From Thermodesulfobacteriota bacterium (GTDB lineage: Bacteria > Desulfobacterota > Desulfarculia > JACQYL01), in NCBI GenBank assembly GCA_963675595.2, contig CAXXLZ010000002.1, positions 896,001 to 960,000 of the forward strand: a DNA stretch of 64,000 nucleotides. Reading direction: 5' to 3'. The notes beneath the pieces are model-generated. The model saw only the letters and a program-made list of their open reading frames with translations, made no database searches and had not been told where the DNA came from. This document shows, in pieces, positions 49,901-58,860 of this stretch. Both the position numbers and the translations under genes were made by a program. Each line of letters opens with the position of its first letter. The stretch's first letter is position 1.

Positions 49901-52900
49901 CCCTCGAGTATTGCCCGTATTCCAATACCAGACTGCTCAACCTATCCATCTCGGACGAACCGTACCCCGGAGCTTGGAAAAACACCTTTCCCAACGACTC
50001 CTTCATCTCCCTCACGATCCGGAGCAATTCCCCCTCTTCTTGCGCAAGTTTCTTCGACAAAGCCACGGCTTCTCTCACCGCGTCCGCTTTGGAGCGTACC
50101 ATGGGACTGGAGCCGACTAGATCCTTTTCTCCTCGGATCAACGTCTCCAGAGCCGTTTGGATTCCCTCACACGCCTCCACACCGTCACACTTGGCGCCCT
50201 TCCCGGCCAAGTCCGCCAGTTGTGCCAGAAGCATCCCTTCGCGGCACGACGCCAGCCTGCCTCTTACGTACTCTCCCGCCGCCTCATTAAACGAGGCGAG
50301 TTCCTTGTGGGAAGACAGCTGTACGATTTCCCCAAGGGCCTTCTCGTAGAGTTCCTCGCCCTGCGCGAACCGTCCTTGATTCTCCGCCCTTTCCGCCGCA
50401 TCCAGAAGATCCGTCAGCCGTTTATGCGCCTCGATCAGGTCTTGGCAGCTCTTCGCGGTCTTGGAACTGTACCCCCGGGTGCCCGAGTACTTCCCATACT
50501 CCAATAACAGCTTGGCCAACTTGTTCATCTCATCCGAACCGTATCCCGGCGATTGGAAGGACACCTTCCCCAACATCTCTTCCATCTCCCTCACAGTGCG
50601 GGCCAGCTCTCCCTCTGCCAGCGCCCGTCTTTTCGAAGCGGCCACGGTTTCTCGTACGGCCTTCGCTTTGGACTGAATCGCCGAACTAGTCTCTACCAAG
50701 TCTTTTTGCTCCTCAAGCAGCCACTCCAGGTCAACACGCTCTCGTTCGCAAAATTCCACGCTCGCGCACCCGGACGCTCTACGAAGCAAATTCTCCAGTT
50801 GCCCCAAGAGAATCCCCTCGCGGCACGACCGTATCCCGTCCCTCACGTATGCTAATGCGCCGGCATTGAACGTCGCCATTTCCTTGTGAACGGACAGCCC
50901 TTGCATTTCTTCCACCGCCTTCTCATAGAGCTCCTTGCCCTGCTCGAACCGACCTTGCTTACCGGCCTTGTCCGCTTCGTCAAGTAAACTCGCCATCCGT
51001 TTGTGCGTTTCCAACACTTCTCGGTAGCTCTTGGCCGTTTCGGACCGGTATCCGCGTGTCTCCGAGTATCTCACGTACTCCGAGAGGAGCTTACCCAGCT
51101 TGTCCGTTTCAGCCCCGCCGTACCCCGGCGACTTGAAGGAAATCCTATCCAACGACTCCTTCATCTCCCTCGCGATCCGGAGCAATTCCCACTCTTCCTG
51201 CGCCTTTCTTTTTGACACTGCCGCCGCTGCTCTTATGGCTTCCGCTTTGGCCCGGATCGCCGAGCTGGATTCCACCAACTCCTTTTGGCCTTGGAGCAAC
51301 TTCTCCAGAGTCGTTTGGATTCCCTCACACGCCTCCACCCCGCCACACTTGGCGGCCTTCCCGGCCAGATCGTCCAGTTGTCCCAAAAGCATCCCTTCAC
51401 GACACGACGCCGTGCGGCTCATCACATGCTTCCTTGCCGCGTCGCTGAAGGAAGCCGGCGCCTCATGTCCGGACAGGCTTTCGATTTCCCTGAGCGCCTT
51501 CTCGTACAGCTCCTTGCCCTGCTCGAACCGCCCCTCATTCTCCGCTTCGTCCGCAGCGTTCAAAATACTCGTCAAACGCTCGTACCTAGCAAGCAGTTCC
51601 TGGTAACTTTTAATCGTTTCGGCTCGGTACCCCCGAGTCCCCGAGTACTTCACGTACTCCGAAAACAATTCCCTCACCTTATCCATCTGGGCCGAACCGT
51701 ATCCCGGCGATTGGAAGGACACCTTTCCCAACATCTCTTCCATCTCCCTCACGATGCGGGCCAGCTCTCCTTCTCGTTCCGCCCGTCTTTTGGAAGCGGT
51801 CACGGCTCTTTCTACGGCGTCAGCTTTGGTCCGGACGGCCGAACTGGAGTCCATTAGTTCCTTTTGGTCTTTGAGCAGCTTCTCCAGAGCCGTTTTCAAC
51901 TCCCCGCAGGCTTTGACGCTCCCGCATTTGGACGCCCTGCTCCCCAAATCCTCCAGTTGTGCCAAAAGCATCCCTTCGCGGCACGACGCCAACCGGCCCT
52001 TCACATGCTCGCTTGCCGCGTCGATGAAGGCCGCCGGCGCCTTATAGGCGGACAGTCCTTTGATCTCCCTGAGCGCCCTCTCATAGAGTTCCTCGCCTTG
52101 CGCGAATCGTCCTTGATTCTCCGCCTTTTCCGCCGCATCCAGAAGATCCGTCAGCCGTTCATGGGCCTCGATCAGGTCTTGGCAGCTCTTCGCGGTCTTG
52201 GAACTGTACCCCCGGGTGCCAGAATACTTCCCATATTTCGAGACCAGACTGCCCAGCTCTTCCATCTCAGCCGAACCGTAGCCCGAAGACTTGAAAGATA
52301 CCTTGCCCAAGACTCCCTGCATCTGCCTCGCGATGTAGACGACATCGCTCTCTTCCTGCGCCCGTCTTTTCGACACGACCACGGCTTCTCTTAGGGCTTT
52401 CGCTTTGGAACGGACGGCCGAACTGGAATCCATTAGTTCCTTCTGGCCTTGGAGCAGCTTCTCCAAATCCGTTTGCACGTCCCCGCACGCCGTCACGCTC
52501 CCGCATTCGGAGGCTCTGCTCCGCAAATCCTCCAGTTGCGCCAAAAGCATCCCTTCGCGGCACGACGCCAGCCTGCCTCTTACGTACTCTCCCGCCGCCT
52601 CATTAAACGAGGCGAGTTCCTTGTGGGAAGACAGCTGTACGATTTCCCCAAGGGCCTTCCCGTAGAGTTCCTCGCCCTGCGCGAATCGTCCTTGATTCTC
52701 CGCCCTTTCCGCCGCATCCAGAAGATCCGTCAGCCGTTTATGCGCCTCGATCAGGTCTTGGCAGCTCTTCGCGGTCTTGGAACTGTACCCCCGGGTGCCC
52801 GAGTACTTCCCATATTTCGAGACCAGCCCGCCCAGCTTATCCATCTCAGCCGAACCGTATCCCGGCGATTGGAAGGACACCTTTCCCAAAACTCCCTCCA

Positions 52901-54038
52901 TCTGCCTCGCGATGTAGACGACATCGCTCTCTTCCTGCGCCCGTCTTCTCGATGCGGCCACGGCTTTTTCTATCGATTCCGCTTTGGAGCGGACGGCCGA
53001 ACTGGAGTCCATTAGTTCCTTTTGGTCTTTGAGCAGCTTCTTCAAATCCGTTTGCACGTCCCCGCAGGCTTTGACGCTCCCGCATTCGGAGGCTCTGCTC
53101 CGCAAATCCTCCAGTTGCGCCAAAAGCATCCCTTCGCGGCACGACGCCAACCGGCCCTTCACATGCTTGTTTGCCGCGTCGATGAAGGTCGCCGGCGCCT
53201 TATGGGCCGACATCCTTTGAATTTCTTTCAGGGCCTTTTCGTAGAGTTTTTCGCCCTGCTCGAATCGTCCTTGCTTCTCGGCCTTGTCGCCTTCGTCAAG
53301 AAAGCCGCTCAGCCGTTTGTGTGTCTTCAACAGGTCTCGGTAGCTCTGGGCGAGTTCGACCCGGTAGCCGTCCGCACCTGAATGTTCCTCGTATTCGGAA
53401 ACCAGCTCGCCCAGTCTTTCGATCTCCGCTCTCCCATAGCCGGGCGATTTGAAGGATATGTTCCCCAAAGACGCTTCCATGTCTCTCGCGATCGGGAGCA
53501 AGTCTCCCGCTTGGTGAACACGCCTTTTCGAGGCGGCCACGAGTTTTTCTCTTAAGTCCGGCGGCACACTACTACCAATCTTTGCTCCAACAACTATTTC
53601 TTGACTATCGATCCATATCAAAACCGGAAATATAAGTCCGGCGTCAAATACTTTATCGAGGTTACTGTATTCCAATGTCAGGAATAATCGATTTTTTGTT
53701 CCGAACTCCTCAATATCCTTTTTCCAGCGTATCCAGTTTTCACGTGGAGAAACGGGAACCGCAATAACGGATAATGCCTGGTCTTTCTTGGCCAGGGACT
53801 CAATAGATTTGAGTGTTCTTCTATCCATCTCTTCTTCAGGAATAAAGAAGAATACGGCGGTTAACGGTGATTTGAAAACATCTTTTGATTGTATGGTCTG
53901 TCCTTTAATATCCTTAAAAGTGAAAAAATTAACGCGCTGGCCTTCATTGACTATCGCAAGAAGTTCGCCATATCCAATAAAAATAAATAAACATGAAGCT
54001 AAAACTATATATTTTATTATAATATATATATATTTCAT
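46923..54038 (-). CDS. 2371-aa exported protein: Cys-less thioredoxin-like N-terminus, ten 193-aa repeats, one degenerate repeat
   Basis: Signal peptide; F(Q/K)SPGYG recurs every 579 bp. Confidence 0.85.
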   Translation of the reverse strand: MKYIYIIIKYIVLASCLFIFIGYGELLAIVNEGQRVNFFTFKDIKGQTIQSKDVFKSPLTAVFFFIPEEEMDRRTLKSIESLAKKDQALSVIAVPVSPRENWIRWKKDIEEFGTKNRLFLTLEYSNLDKVFDAGLIFPVLIWIDSQEIVVGAKIGSSVPPDLREKLVAASKRRVHQAGDLLPIARDMEASLGNISFKSPGYGRAEIERLGELVSEYEEHSGADGYRVELAQSYRDLLKTHKRLSGFLDEGDKAEKQGRFEQGEKLYEKALKEIQRMSAHKAPATFIDAANKHVKGRLASCREGMLLAQLEDLRSRASECGSVKACGDVQTDLKKLLKDQKELMDSSSAVRSKAESIEKAVAASRRRAQEESDVVYIARQMEGVLGKVSFQSPGYGSAEMDKLGGLVSKYGKYSGTRGYSSKTAKSCQDLIEAHKRLTDLLDAAERAENQGRFAQGEELYGKALGEIVQLSSHKELASFNEAAGEYVRGRLASCREGMLLAQLEDLRSRASECGSVTACGDVQTDLEKLLQGQKELMDSSSAVRSKAKALREAVVVSKRRAQEESDVVYIARQMQGVLGKVSFKSSGYGSAEMEELGSLVSKYGKYSGTRGYSSKTAKSCQDLIEAHERLTDLLDAAEKAENQGRFAQGEELYERALREIKGLSAYKAPAAFIDAASEHVKGRLASCREGMLLAQLEDLGSRASKCGSVKACGELKTALEKLLKDQKELMDSSSAVRTKADAVERAVTASKRRAEREGELARIVREMEEMLGKVSFQSPGYGSAQMDKVRELFSEYVKYSGTRGYRAETIKSYQELLARYERLTSILNAADEAENEGRFEQGKELYEKALREIESLSGHEAPASFSDAARKHVMSRTASCREGMLLGQLDDLAGKAAKCGGVEACEGIQTTLEKLLQGQKELVESSSAIRAKAEAIRAAAAVSKRKAQEEWELLRIAREMKESLDRISFKSPGYGGAETDKLGKLLSEYVRYSETRGYRSETAKSYREVLETHKRMASLLDEADKAGKQGRFEQGKELYEKAVEEMQGLSVHKEMATFNAGALAYVRDGIRSCREGILLGQLENLLRRASGCASVEFCERERVDLEWLLEEQKDLVETSSAIQSKAKAVRETVAASKRRALAEGELARTVREMEEMLGKVSFQSPGYGSDEMNKLAKLLLEYGKYSGTRGYSSKTAKSCQDLIEAHKRLTDLLDAAERAENQGRFAQGEELYEKALGEIVQLSSHKELASFNEAAGEYVRGRLASCREGMLLAQLADLAGKGAKCDGVEACEGIQTALETLIRGEKDLVGSSPMVRSKADAVREAVALSKKLAQEEGELLRIVREMKESLGKVFFQAPGYGSSEMDRLSSLVLEYGQYSRARGYQAETVKSYQELLAGHERLTSILNGAHEAENQGRFEQGEELYAKALEEIQSLSGHKELETFNGTARDYVKGRLASCREGMLLAQLEDLGSRASKCGSVTACGDVQTDLEKLLQGQKELVVSSSAIRSKAESIEKAVAASRGRAEREGELARIVREMDELLGKVSFQSPGYGSVQMDKLGELVSKYGKYSGIRGYSSKTAKNYQDLTEAHKRLTGLLDAAEKAENQGRFEQGKELYEKALEEMRGLSVHKEMATFNAGALAYVRDGIRSCREGMLLAQLEDLGSRASKCGSVKACGDVQTDLEKLLQDQKELMDSSSAIRSEAESIEKAVAASRGRAQEESDVVYIARQMKGVLGKVSFTSSGYGSAEMDKLGELVSKYGKYSSTRGYSSKTVKSYQDLIEAHKRLTGLLDAAEKAENQGRFDQGEELYAKALEEIQSLSGHQELGTFTGAAREHVKGRLASCREGMLLAQLEDLGSRASECGSVKACGDVRTDLEKLLQGQKELMDSSSAVRSKAESIEKAVTASRGRAEREGELARIVREMEEMLGKVSFQSPGYGSAQMEQVGSLVSEYRKYSSTQGYRSETAKSYRDLVEAHKRLRGFLNAADEAENKGLFAQGEELYGKVLKEIEGLSAYKKLATFNEAARKHVQGRLASRREGILLGQLDDLAAKAVKCGGVEACEGIQIALENLLQSKKELVGSSSAIRSKADQIRRAVVQSKERMEQKGESIRIGKKQEMKRVVEKLMAEIHQPNHGTSEFEKLETIISEYDSTYGKTEKSNDTVIMYREFLDVFRVLISGYEIIDEDVRLAKLTENNQDYYSGSNTGWLSGLSGIFSGSKTNDNENGKLYDRYTSIKYLKRAKLNAKEIIKKLSKVNVTHKQVDYFVRETNAIMSGLIINWDAFIFKNELKDLQNRIDKCDTLDCCLEVSIDFKQTVEGHQQSIQSYPKLNDLVRLVEKSVKDEIKKKASEKYRDKPSPYPKELFVPVPGI
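47760..53550 (-). repeat. Intragenic tandem repeat, 579 bp x ~10
   Basis: CCCGGCGATTGGAAG at 48229, 49387, 50545, 51703, 52861 (spacing 2x579), with variants at the midpoints. Confidence 0.92.
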
Positions 54039-54197
54039 GTAAATATCGGAGATTAGACCATTATATTAGGATATTCAGGAGCTAATTTATTTAACGTATG
54101 GCAATAACTTTTTACATCAAGGATGAGGTATCTCCACAGACAGGTATAAATAGTTACGTGCCCCGACCCTCCCGCCGCGAATAACCCCCAACGCTCA

Positions 54198-54328
54198 GGC
54201 CCGGGTTCTTCGCTCATGGGCTTCGCCGCATGCGCAGGCTCCGCCCTCTTCGCTCAGAACCTCGGCCCTCACCTGCAAGGAAAACCGCACAGGGTAAAGG
54301 GGTAAAAGGGATCAGGGGTAAGACCTCA
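54198..54328 (-). repeat. ~130-bp element downstream of VR, identical to 56517-56647 (candidate IMH/hairpin)
   Basis: CTGAGGTCTTACCCCTGA-TCCCTTTTACCCCTTTACCC followed by an imperfect GC-rich inverted repeat. Confidence 0.75.
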
Positions 54329-56306
54329 GCAGACGCGCGCCGAGGTTGCCGCCGCGGACGTCCGGCGTGAGGCCGCCGCGATTCGCCGAACGGCAGTACC
54401 CCGCGTAGTAGTACCAGCCGCCGCCGCGAAGAACCCGGTAGGAGCCTGAAGCGGGACCCGTGGGATCCGTAACGGATCCACTGGGATAGTCGCCGAACCA
54501 GTCTTCCACCCACTCCCAGACGTTTCCGTGCATGTCGTACAACCCCCAGGCATTGGCCGCCTTTTGAGCCACGGGATGTGTCATGTCTCCGGAATTGTGA
54601 CAATACCACCCCATGGCGTACAGGTTCGGATCATAACCGCAGACGGTTTCCGTGATGCCGCCATTGGCAAAGGCCGTCGTGGAACCCGCCCGAGCCGCGC
54701 ACTCCCACTCCGCTTCCGTGGGCAACCGGTACGTGCCCTCGCCCAGTTGATTCATTGCCGCCACAAAATCCTGGACGTCGTCCCACGATACAGATTCCAC
54801 GGGACAATCATCTCCACAAGAACTGAACGAGGAGGGATTGCTCCCCATGACCGCTTTCCACTGCCCCTGCGTAATCTCCGTGGTCTGCAGGTAATATCCT
54901 TGGGTCAGCGTCACCTGGTGTTGCGTCTCATCGCTGTCCCGGCCCGGCTCATCCGTGGGACTGCCCATGGTGAACGTGCCCGGCGGGATATATTTGAAGG
55001 TCATGCCGAGAGAGTTGGTGAACGTGTCCGGTGGCGACGTTTGCAGGAATTTCGACCAGGCCTGTGTCGGTCGGGGGGACCCGGAAAACGGCGCTTCCAC
55101 GCATCTTTCCAGCGAATCCATGCCGGCTGTGCCGGAACCCGAAAAGCTCATGGTCAGGTGGTACGGTTTGCCCCCTAACTCATCCGCATCGATGCCGTCG
55201 GCGGCGTTGGAATCCAGGAACACGTAGTAGTCCGCCAGGTTCGAGGTTCCGATGGCAACAGCCGAACCCGTGTCGTAGGTTTGGACGTAGTAGTTCATCT
55301 GCGCGGCGCCGCAGGAAGGAGACTTCCAGATCCCGTGATTGGCCGGGGTCGAGCCCAGGCCGTTGGTCCTGGATATGACGTAGGTCGCCGGGGAGCCGAA
55401 CCGGGTCAATACGGCGTTCCCGTGACTTCCGTCCGTAAACGTGACGGACAGATGGTGTCCCATTCCGGCGTAGTCGCTCACATCGATGCCGTCTTGAATA
55501 TCGGCGTCGATGAACACGTAGTACTCCGTCAGATCGGGCGTGGCCAGGATCAAGGCCGAACCGTCCACATAACTCTGGATGTAGAAGTTCATGGAAAGCC
55601 CCGCGTCCTTCCATATCCCGTCGTAGATTACCGACCACGAACCGACCTGAATTTGAAAGCTCCTGGGCACGGAAGTCCGGTCATCGCTATCCCTTACGCT
55701 GCAGGTCGCCGTATAAGAGCCCCCCTGCGCGTAGGTGTGACTGGTTTGTCCGTCGGAACGGATGTCGGAGGTCCCGTCGTCGAACCGAAAAACGTACTCT
55801 ACAATGGGCGATCCATAGGGGTCGTATCCCGAACAGGTGCAATCGACCTGCAACGGTGCGTTCCCCGACGCGGGTGAACAAGAAAACGCCGAGACTACGG
55901 GATCCTCGCAAACTTCACCGATTTCCGGAACATAGGTGCAACCGGAGGGGCCCAGATTGGCACGAATCTCTATCGGCTCTAACACGGTGGAGCTCCCGTC
56001 GGCATGAAAGGCCGTGCAGACCGCGAGAAACTCGCCGGCGCCCAAATACGTGTGCGCCACATAACCTCGGGAGGAGGATTCAAAAGAGCCGTCGCCGAAG
56101 TCGAAAAAGTATTCAACCGCGCCCGGAGCCGTATCGGGTACGGCGCAGCCGAAGGATACCGTCAACGGAGCCGGACCGGCCGCCGGATCGGGACGAACGT
56201 TGAAAGCCGAGGTTGCAAAAGACACCGGTGGACTCAGCGTCGAGGCAACGAGGCATCCAAAGACAGTAAAAAGGAGCATTCTCGGTAACGAATAGGGTGA
56301 TCTCAT
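54312..56306 (-). CDS. Exported 2xPKD + duplicated beta domain + FGE-sulfatase protein; probable DGR target
   Basis: GPAPLTVSF / FDFGDG / HTY PKD motifs; FGE motifs; start moved to the ATG at 56306 with GGAGAG RBS. Confidence 0.85.
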   Translation of the reverse strand: MRSPYSLPRMLLFTVFGCLVASTLSPPVSFATSAFNVRPDPAAGPAPLTVSFGCAVPDTAPGAVEYFFDFGDGSFESSSRGYVAHTYLGAGEFLAVCTAFHADGSSTVLEPIEIRANLGPSGCTYVPEIGEVCEDPVVSAFSCSPASGNAPLQVDCTCSGYDPYGSPIVEYVFRFDDGTSDIRSDGQTSHTYAQGGSYTATCSVRDSDDRTSVPRSFQIQVGSWSVIYDGIWKDAGLSMNFYIQSYVDGSALILATPDLTEYYVFIDADIQDGIDVSDYAGMGHHLSVTFTDGSHGNAVLTRFGSPATYVISRTNGLGSTPANHGIWKSPSCGAAQMNYYVQTYDTGSAVAIGTSNLADYYVFLDSNAADGIDADELGGKPYHLTMSFSGSGTAGMDSLERCVEAPFSGSPRPTQAWSKFLQTSPPDTFTNSLGMTFKYIPPGTFTMGSPTDEPGRDSDETQHQVTLTQGYYLQTTEITQGQWKAVMGSNPSSFSSCGDDCPVESVSWDDVQDFVAAMNQLGEGTYRLPTEAEWECAARAGSTTAFANGGITETVCGYDPNLYAMGWYCHNSGDMTHPVAQKAANAWGLYDMHGNVWEWVEDWFGDYPSGSVTDPTGPASGSYRVLRGGGWYYYAGYCRSANRGGLTPDVRGGNLGARLLRSYP
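54327..54428 (-). repeat. DGR variable-repeat-like segment (VR2)
   Basis: TGG TAC TAC TAC GCG GGG TAC ... AAT CGC GGC GGC CTC ACG CCG GAC GTC CGC GGC GGC AAC CTC: NNC codon runs. Confidence 0.72.
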
Positions 56307-56630
56307 GCGCTCTCCCAAAGGCCCAAAGATTAACGGATCACGGTGCGATTGGATTTGCCCCGCTATCTCCCTTTCCAGTCGGGTTAGTGAAACCATCATG
56401 GACCGACTAGCTTCGGACGGGATTTCATACGGGGTCAAATATGGCTGTAAATTCAGCCTCGCTTCGCTCGGCTTTCTTTTCCCTTTATCCTTACGCCGGG
56501 AACGTCTCCCCGTTCCGGCCCGGGTTCTTCGCTCATGGGCTTCGCCGCATGCGCAGGCTCCGCCCTCTTCGCTCAGAACCTCGGCCCTCACCTGCAAGGA
56601 AAACCGCACAGGGTAAAGGGGTAAAAGGGA

Positions 56631-58634
56631 TCAGGGGTAAGACCTCAGAAGGCGCAAACCGAGGTGGCCGTCGCGGGTGACCGGCGCGCGGATGAAGCGA
56701 AAGGCCGAACGACAGTACAACGCGTAGTTGTCCCAGCTGCCGCCGCGACACACCCGGTGGGAGCCCGACGACGGACCCGTGGGATCCGTTACGGATCGAC
56801 TCGGATAAGTGCCGTACCAGTCCTGACACCACTCCAACACATTGCCGTGCATGTCGTAGAGTCCCCAGGCATTGGCCGACAAGCTGCCCGTAGGAATCGT
56901 CTTTCCTCGGTCCTCACCTTCCGGACAGCCGGACATCGGATAATCCCCGTCATAATTCGCATCGTCGGTTGACAGACAGTCTCCAAAAGCGAAAGGAGTG
57001 GTGGAGCCCGCCCTTGCGGCGTACTCCCACTCCGCTTCCGTGGGCAACCGGTACGTGCCCTCGCCCAGTTGATTCATTGCCGCCACAAAATCCTGGACGT
57101 CGTCCCACGATACAAATTCCACGGGACAATCATCTCCACAAGAACTGAACCAGGAGGGATTGCTCCCCATGACCGCTTTCCACTGCCCCTGCGTAATCTC
57201 CGTGGTCTGCAGGTAATATCCTTGGGTCAGCGTCACCTGGTGTTGCGTCTCATCGCTGTCCCGGCTCGGCTCATCCGTGGGACTGCCCATGGTGAACGTG
57301 CCCGGCGGGATATATTTGAAGGTCATGCCGAGAGAGTTGGTGAACGTGTCCGGTGGCGACGTTTGCAGGAATTTCGACCAGGCCTGTGTCGGTCGGGGGG
57401 ACCCGGAAAACGGCGCTTCCACGCATCTTTCCAGCGAATCCATGCCGGCTGTGCCGGAACCCGAAAAGCTCATGGACAGGTGGTACGGTTTGCCCCCTAA
57501 CTCATCCGCATCGATGCCGTCGGCGGCGTTGGAATCCAGGAACACGTAGTAGTCCGCCAGGTTCGAGGTTCCGATGGCAACAGCCGAACCCGTGTCGTAG
57601 GTTTGGACGTAGTAGTTCATCTGCGCGGCGCCGCAGGAAGGAGACTTCCAGATCCCGTGATTGGCCGGGGTCGAGCCCAGGCCGTTGGTCCTGGATATGA
57701 CGTAGGTCGCCGGGGAGCCGAACCGGGTCAATACGGCGTTCCCGTGACTTCCGTCCGTAAACGTGACGGACAGATGGTGTCCCATTCCGGCGTAGTCGCT
57801 CACATCGATGCCGTCTTGAATATCGGCGTCGATGAACACGTAGTACTCCGTCAGATCGGGCGTGGCCAGGATCAAGGCCGAACCGTCCACATAACTCTGG
57901 ATGTAGAAGTTCATGGAAAGCCCCGCGTCCTTCCATATCCCGTCGTAGATTACCGACCACGAACCGACCTGAATTTGAAAGCTCCTGGGCACGGAAGTCC
58001 GGTCATCGCTATCCCTTACGCTGCAGGTCGCCGTATAAGAGCCCCCCTGCGCGTAGGTGTGACTGGTTTGTCCGTCGGAACGGATGTCGGAGGTCCCGTC
58101 GTCGAACCGAAAAACGTACTCTACAATGGGCGATCCATAGGGGTCGTATCCCGAACAGGTGCAATCGACCTGCAACGGTGCGTTCCCCGACGCGGGTGAA
58201 CAAGAAAACGCCGAGACTACGGGATCCTCGCAAACTTCACCGATTTCCGGAACATAGGTGCAACCGGAGGGGCCCAGATTGGCACGAATCTCTATCGGCT
58301 CTAACACGGTGGAGCTCCCGTCCGCATGGAAGGCCGTGCAGACTGCGAGGAACTCCCCGGCCCCTATATACGTATGCTCGGCCAAGCCGCGGGTGGAGAA
58401 TTCAAAAAACCCGTCACCGAAGTCGAAAAAGTATTCCGTCGCACCTTGAATCGTTTCAGGTACCGCGCAGTCGAAGGAGACCGTCAACGGTGCCGGACCC
58501 GCCGCCGGATCGGGACGGGCAAAAAGGCCTTCGTTCTCCGAGGACGATGCGACGGTTCCAGCGAAGGCGACAAAGGTTGCGAGCAAGAGGATCAGCATAC
58601 GAAGGCCTCTGGGAAGCGCGTCTCTTGTACTCAT
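56631..58634 (-). CDS. Exported 2xPKD + FGE-sulfatase protein, tandem paralog; probable DGR target
   Basis: 57023-58322 is near-identical to 54701-56000; start moved to the ATG at 58634 with AGGAG RBS. Confidence 0.85.
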   Translation of the reverse strand: MSTRDALPRGLRMLILLLATFVAFAGTVASSSENEGLFARPDPAAGPAPLTVSFDCAVPETIQGATEYFFDFGDGFFEFSTRGLAEHTYIGAGEFLAVCTAFHADGSSTVLEPIEIRANLGPSGCTYVPEIGEVCEDPVVSAFSCSPASGNAPLQVDCTCSGYDPYGSPIVEYVFRFDDGTSDIRSDGQTSHTYAQGGSYTATCSVRDSDDRTSVPRSFQIQVGSWSVIYDGIWKDAGLSMNFYIQSYVDGSALILATPDLTEYYVFIDADIQDGIDVSDYAGMGHHLSVTFTDGSHGNAVLTRFGSPATYVISRTNGLGSTPANHGIWKSPSCGAAQMNYYVQTYDTGSAVAIGTSNLADYYVFLDSNAADGIDADELGGKPYHLSMSFSGSGTAGMDSLERCVEAPFSGSPRPTQAWSKFLQTSPPDTFTNSLGMTFKYIPPGTFTMGSPTDEPSRDSDETQHQVTLTQGYYLQTTEITQGQWKAVMGSNPSWFSSCGDDCPVEFVSWDDVQDFVAAMNQLGEGTYRLPTEAEWEYAARAGSTTPFAFGDCLSTDDANYDGDYPMSGCPEGEDRGKTIPTGSLSANAWGLYDMHGNVLEWCQDWYGTYPSRSVTDPTGPSSGSHRVCRGGSWDNYALYCRSAFRFIRAPVTRDGHLGLRLLRSYP
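56646..56747 (-). repeat. DGR variable-repeat-like segment (VR3, different template family)
   Basis: Same NNC register but a different constant scaffold (TGT CGT TCG GCC; CTC GGT TTG CGC CTT CTG). Confidence 0.65.
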
Positions 58635-58860
58635 GAGGGTCTCCTGTGCGTTTTCGTTTTTCGGAACGCCCGAAAGGGGTAGAAGCGGAAATTTCATGTC
58701 CGTTTTCTTTTGCCCAAAACGGATGGAGTGGATTCTCGGAGAAAAAACGAGCGACCGATGAACGTATCTGCTCACTGCCGAGCCTCTCTGATCATTCGGA
58801 TCATTCAAACTGCGACGCCCTCGTCGGAGGTTCCGGGTTTCCGGATGGTCGCACATGAGG

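Noticed and set aside
56307-56609. Long N-terminal extensions of the PKD-FGE ORFs (also 58635-58907)
   Set aside because: They run through the upstream gene's downstream repeat or intergenic DNA; RBS and signal peptides support the later starts
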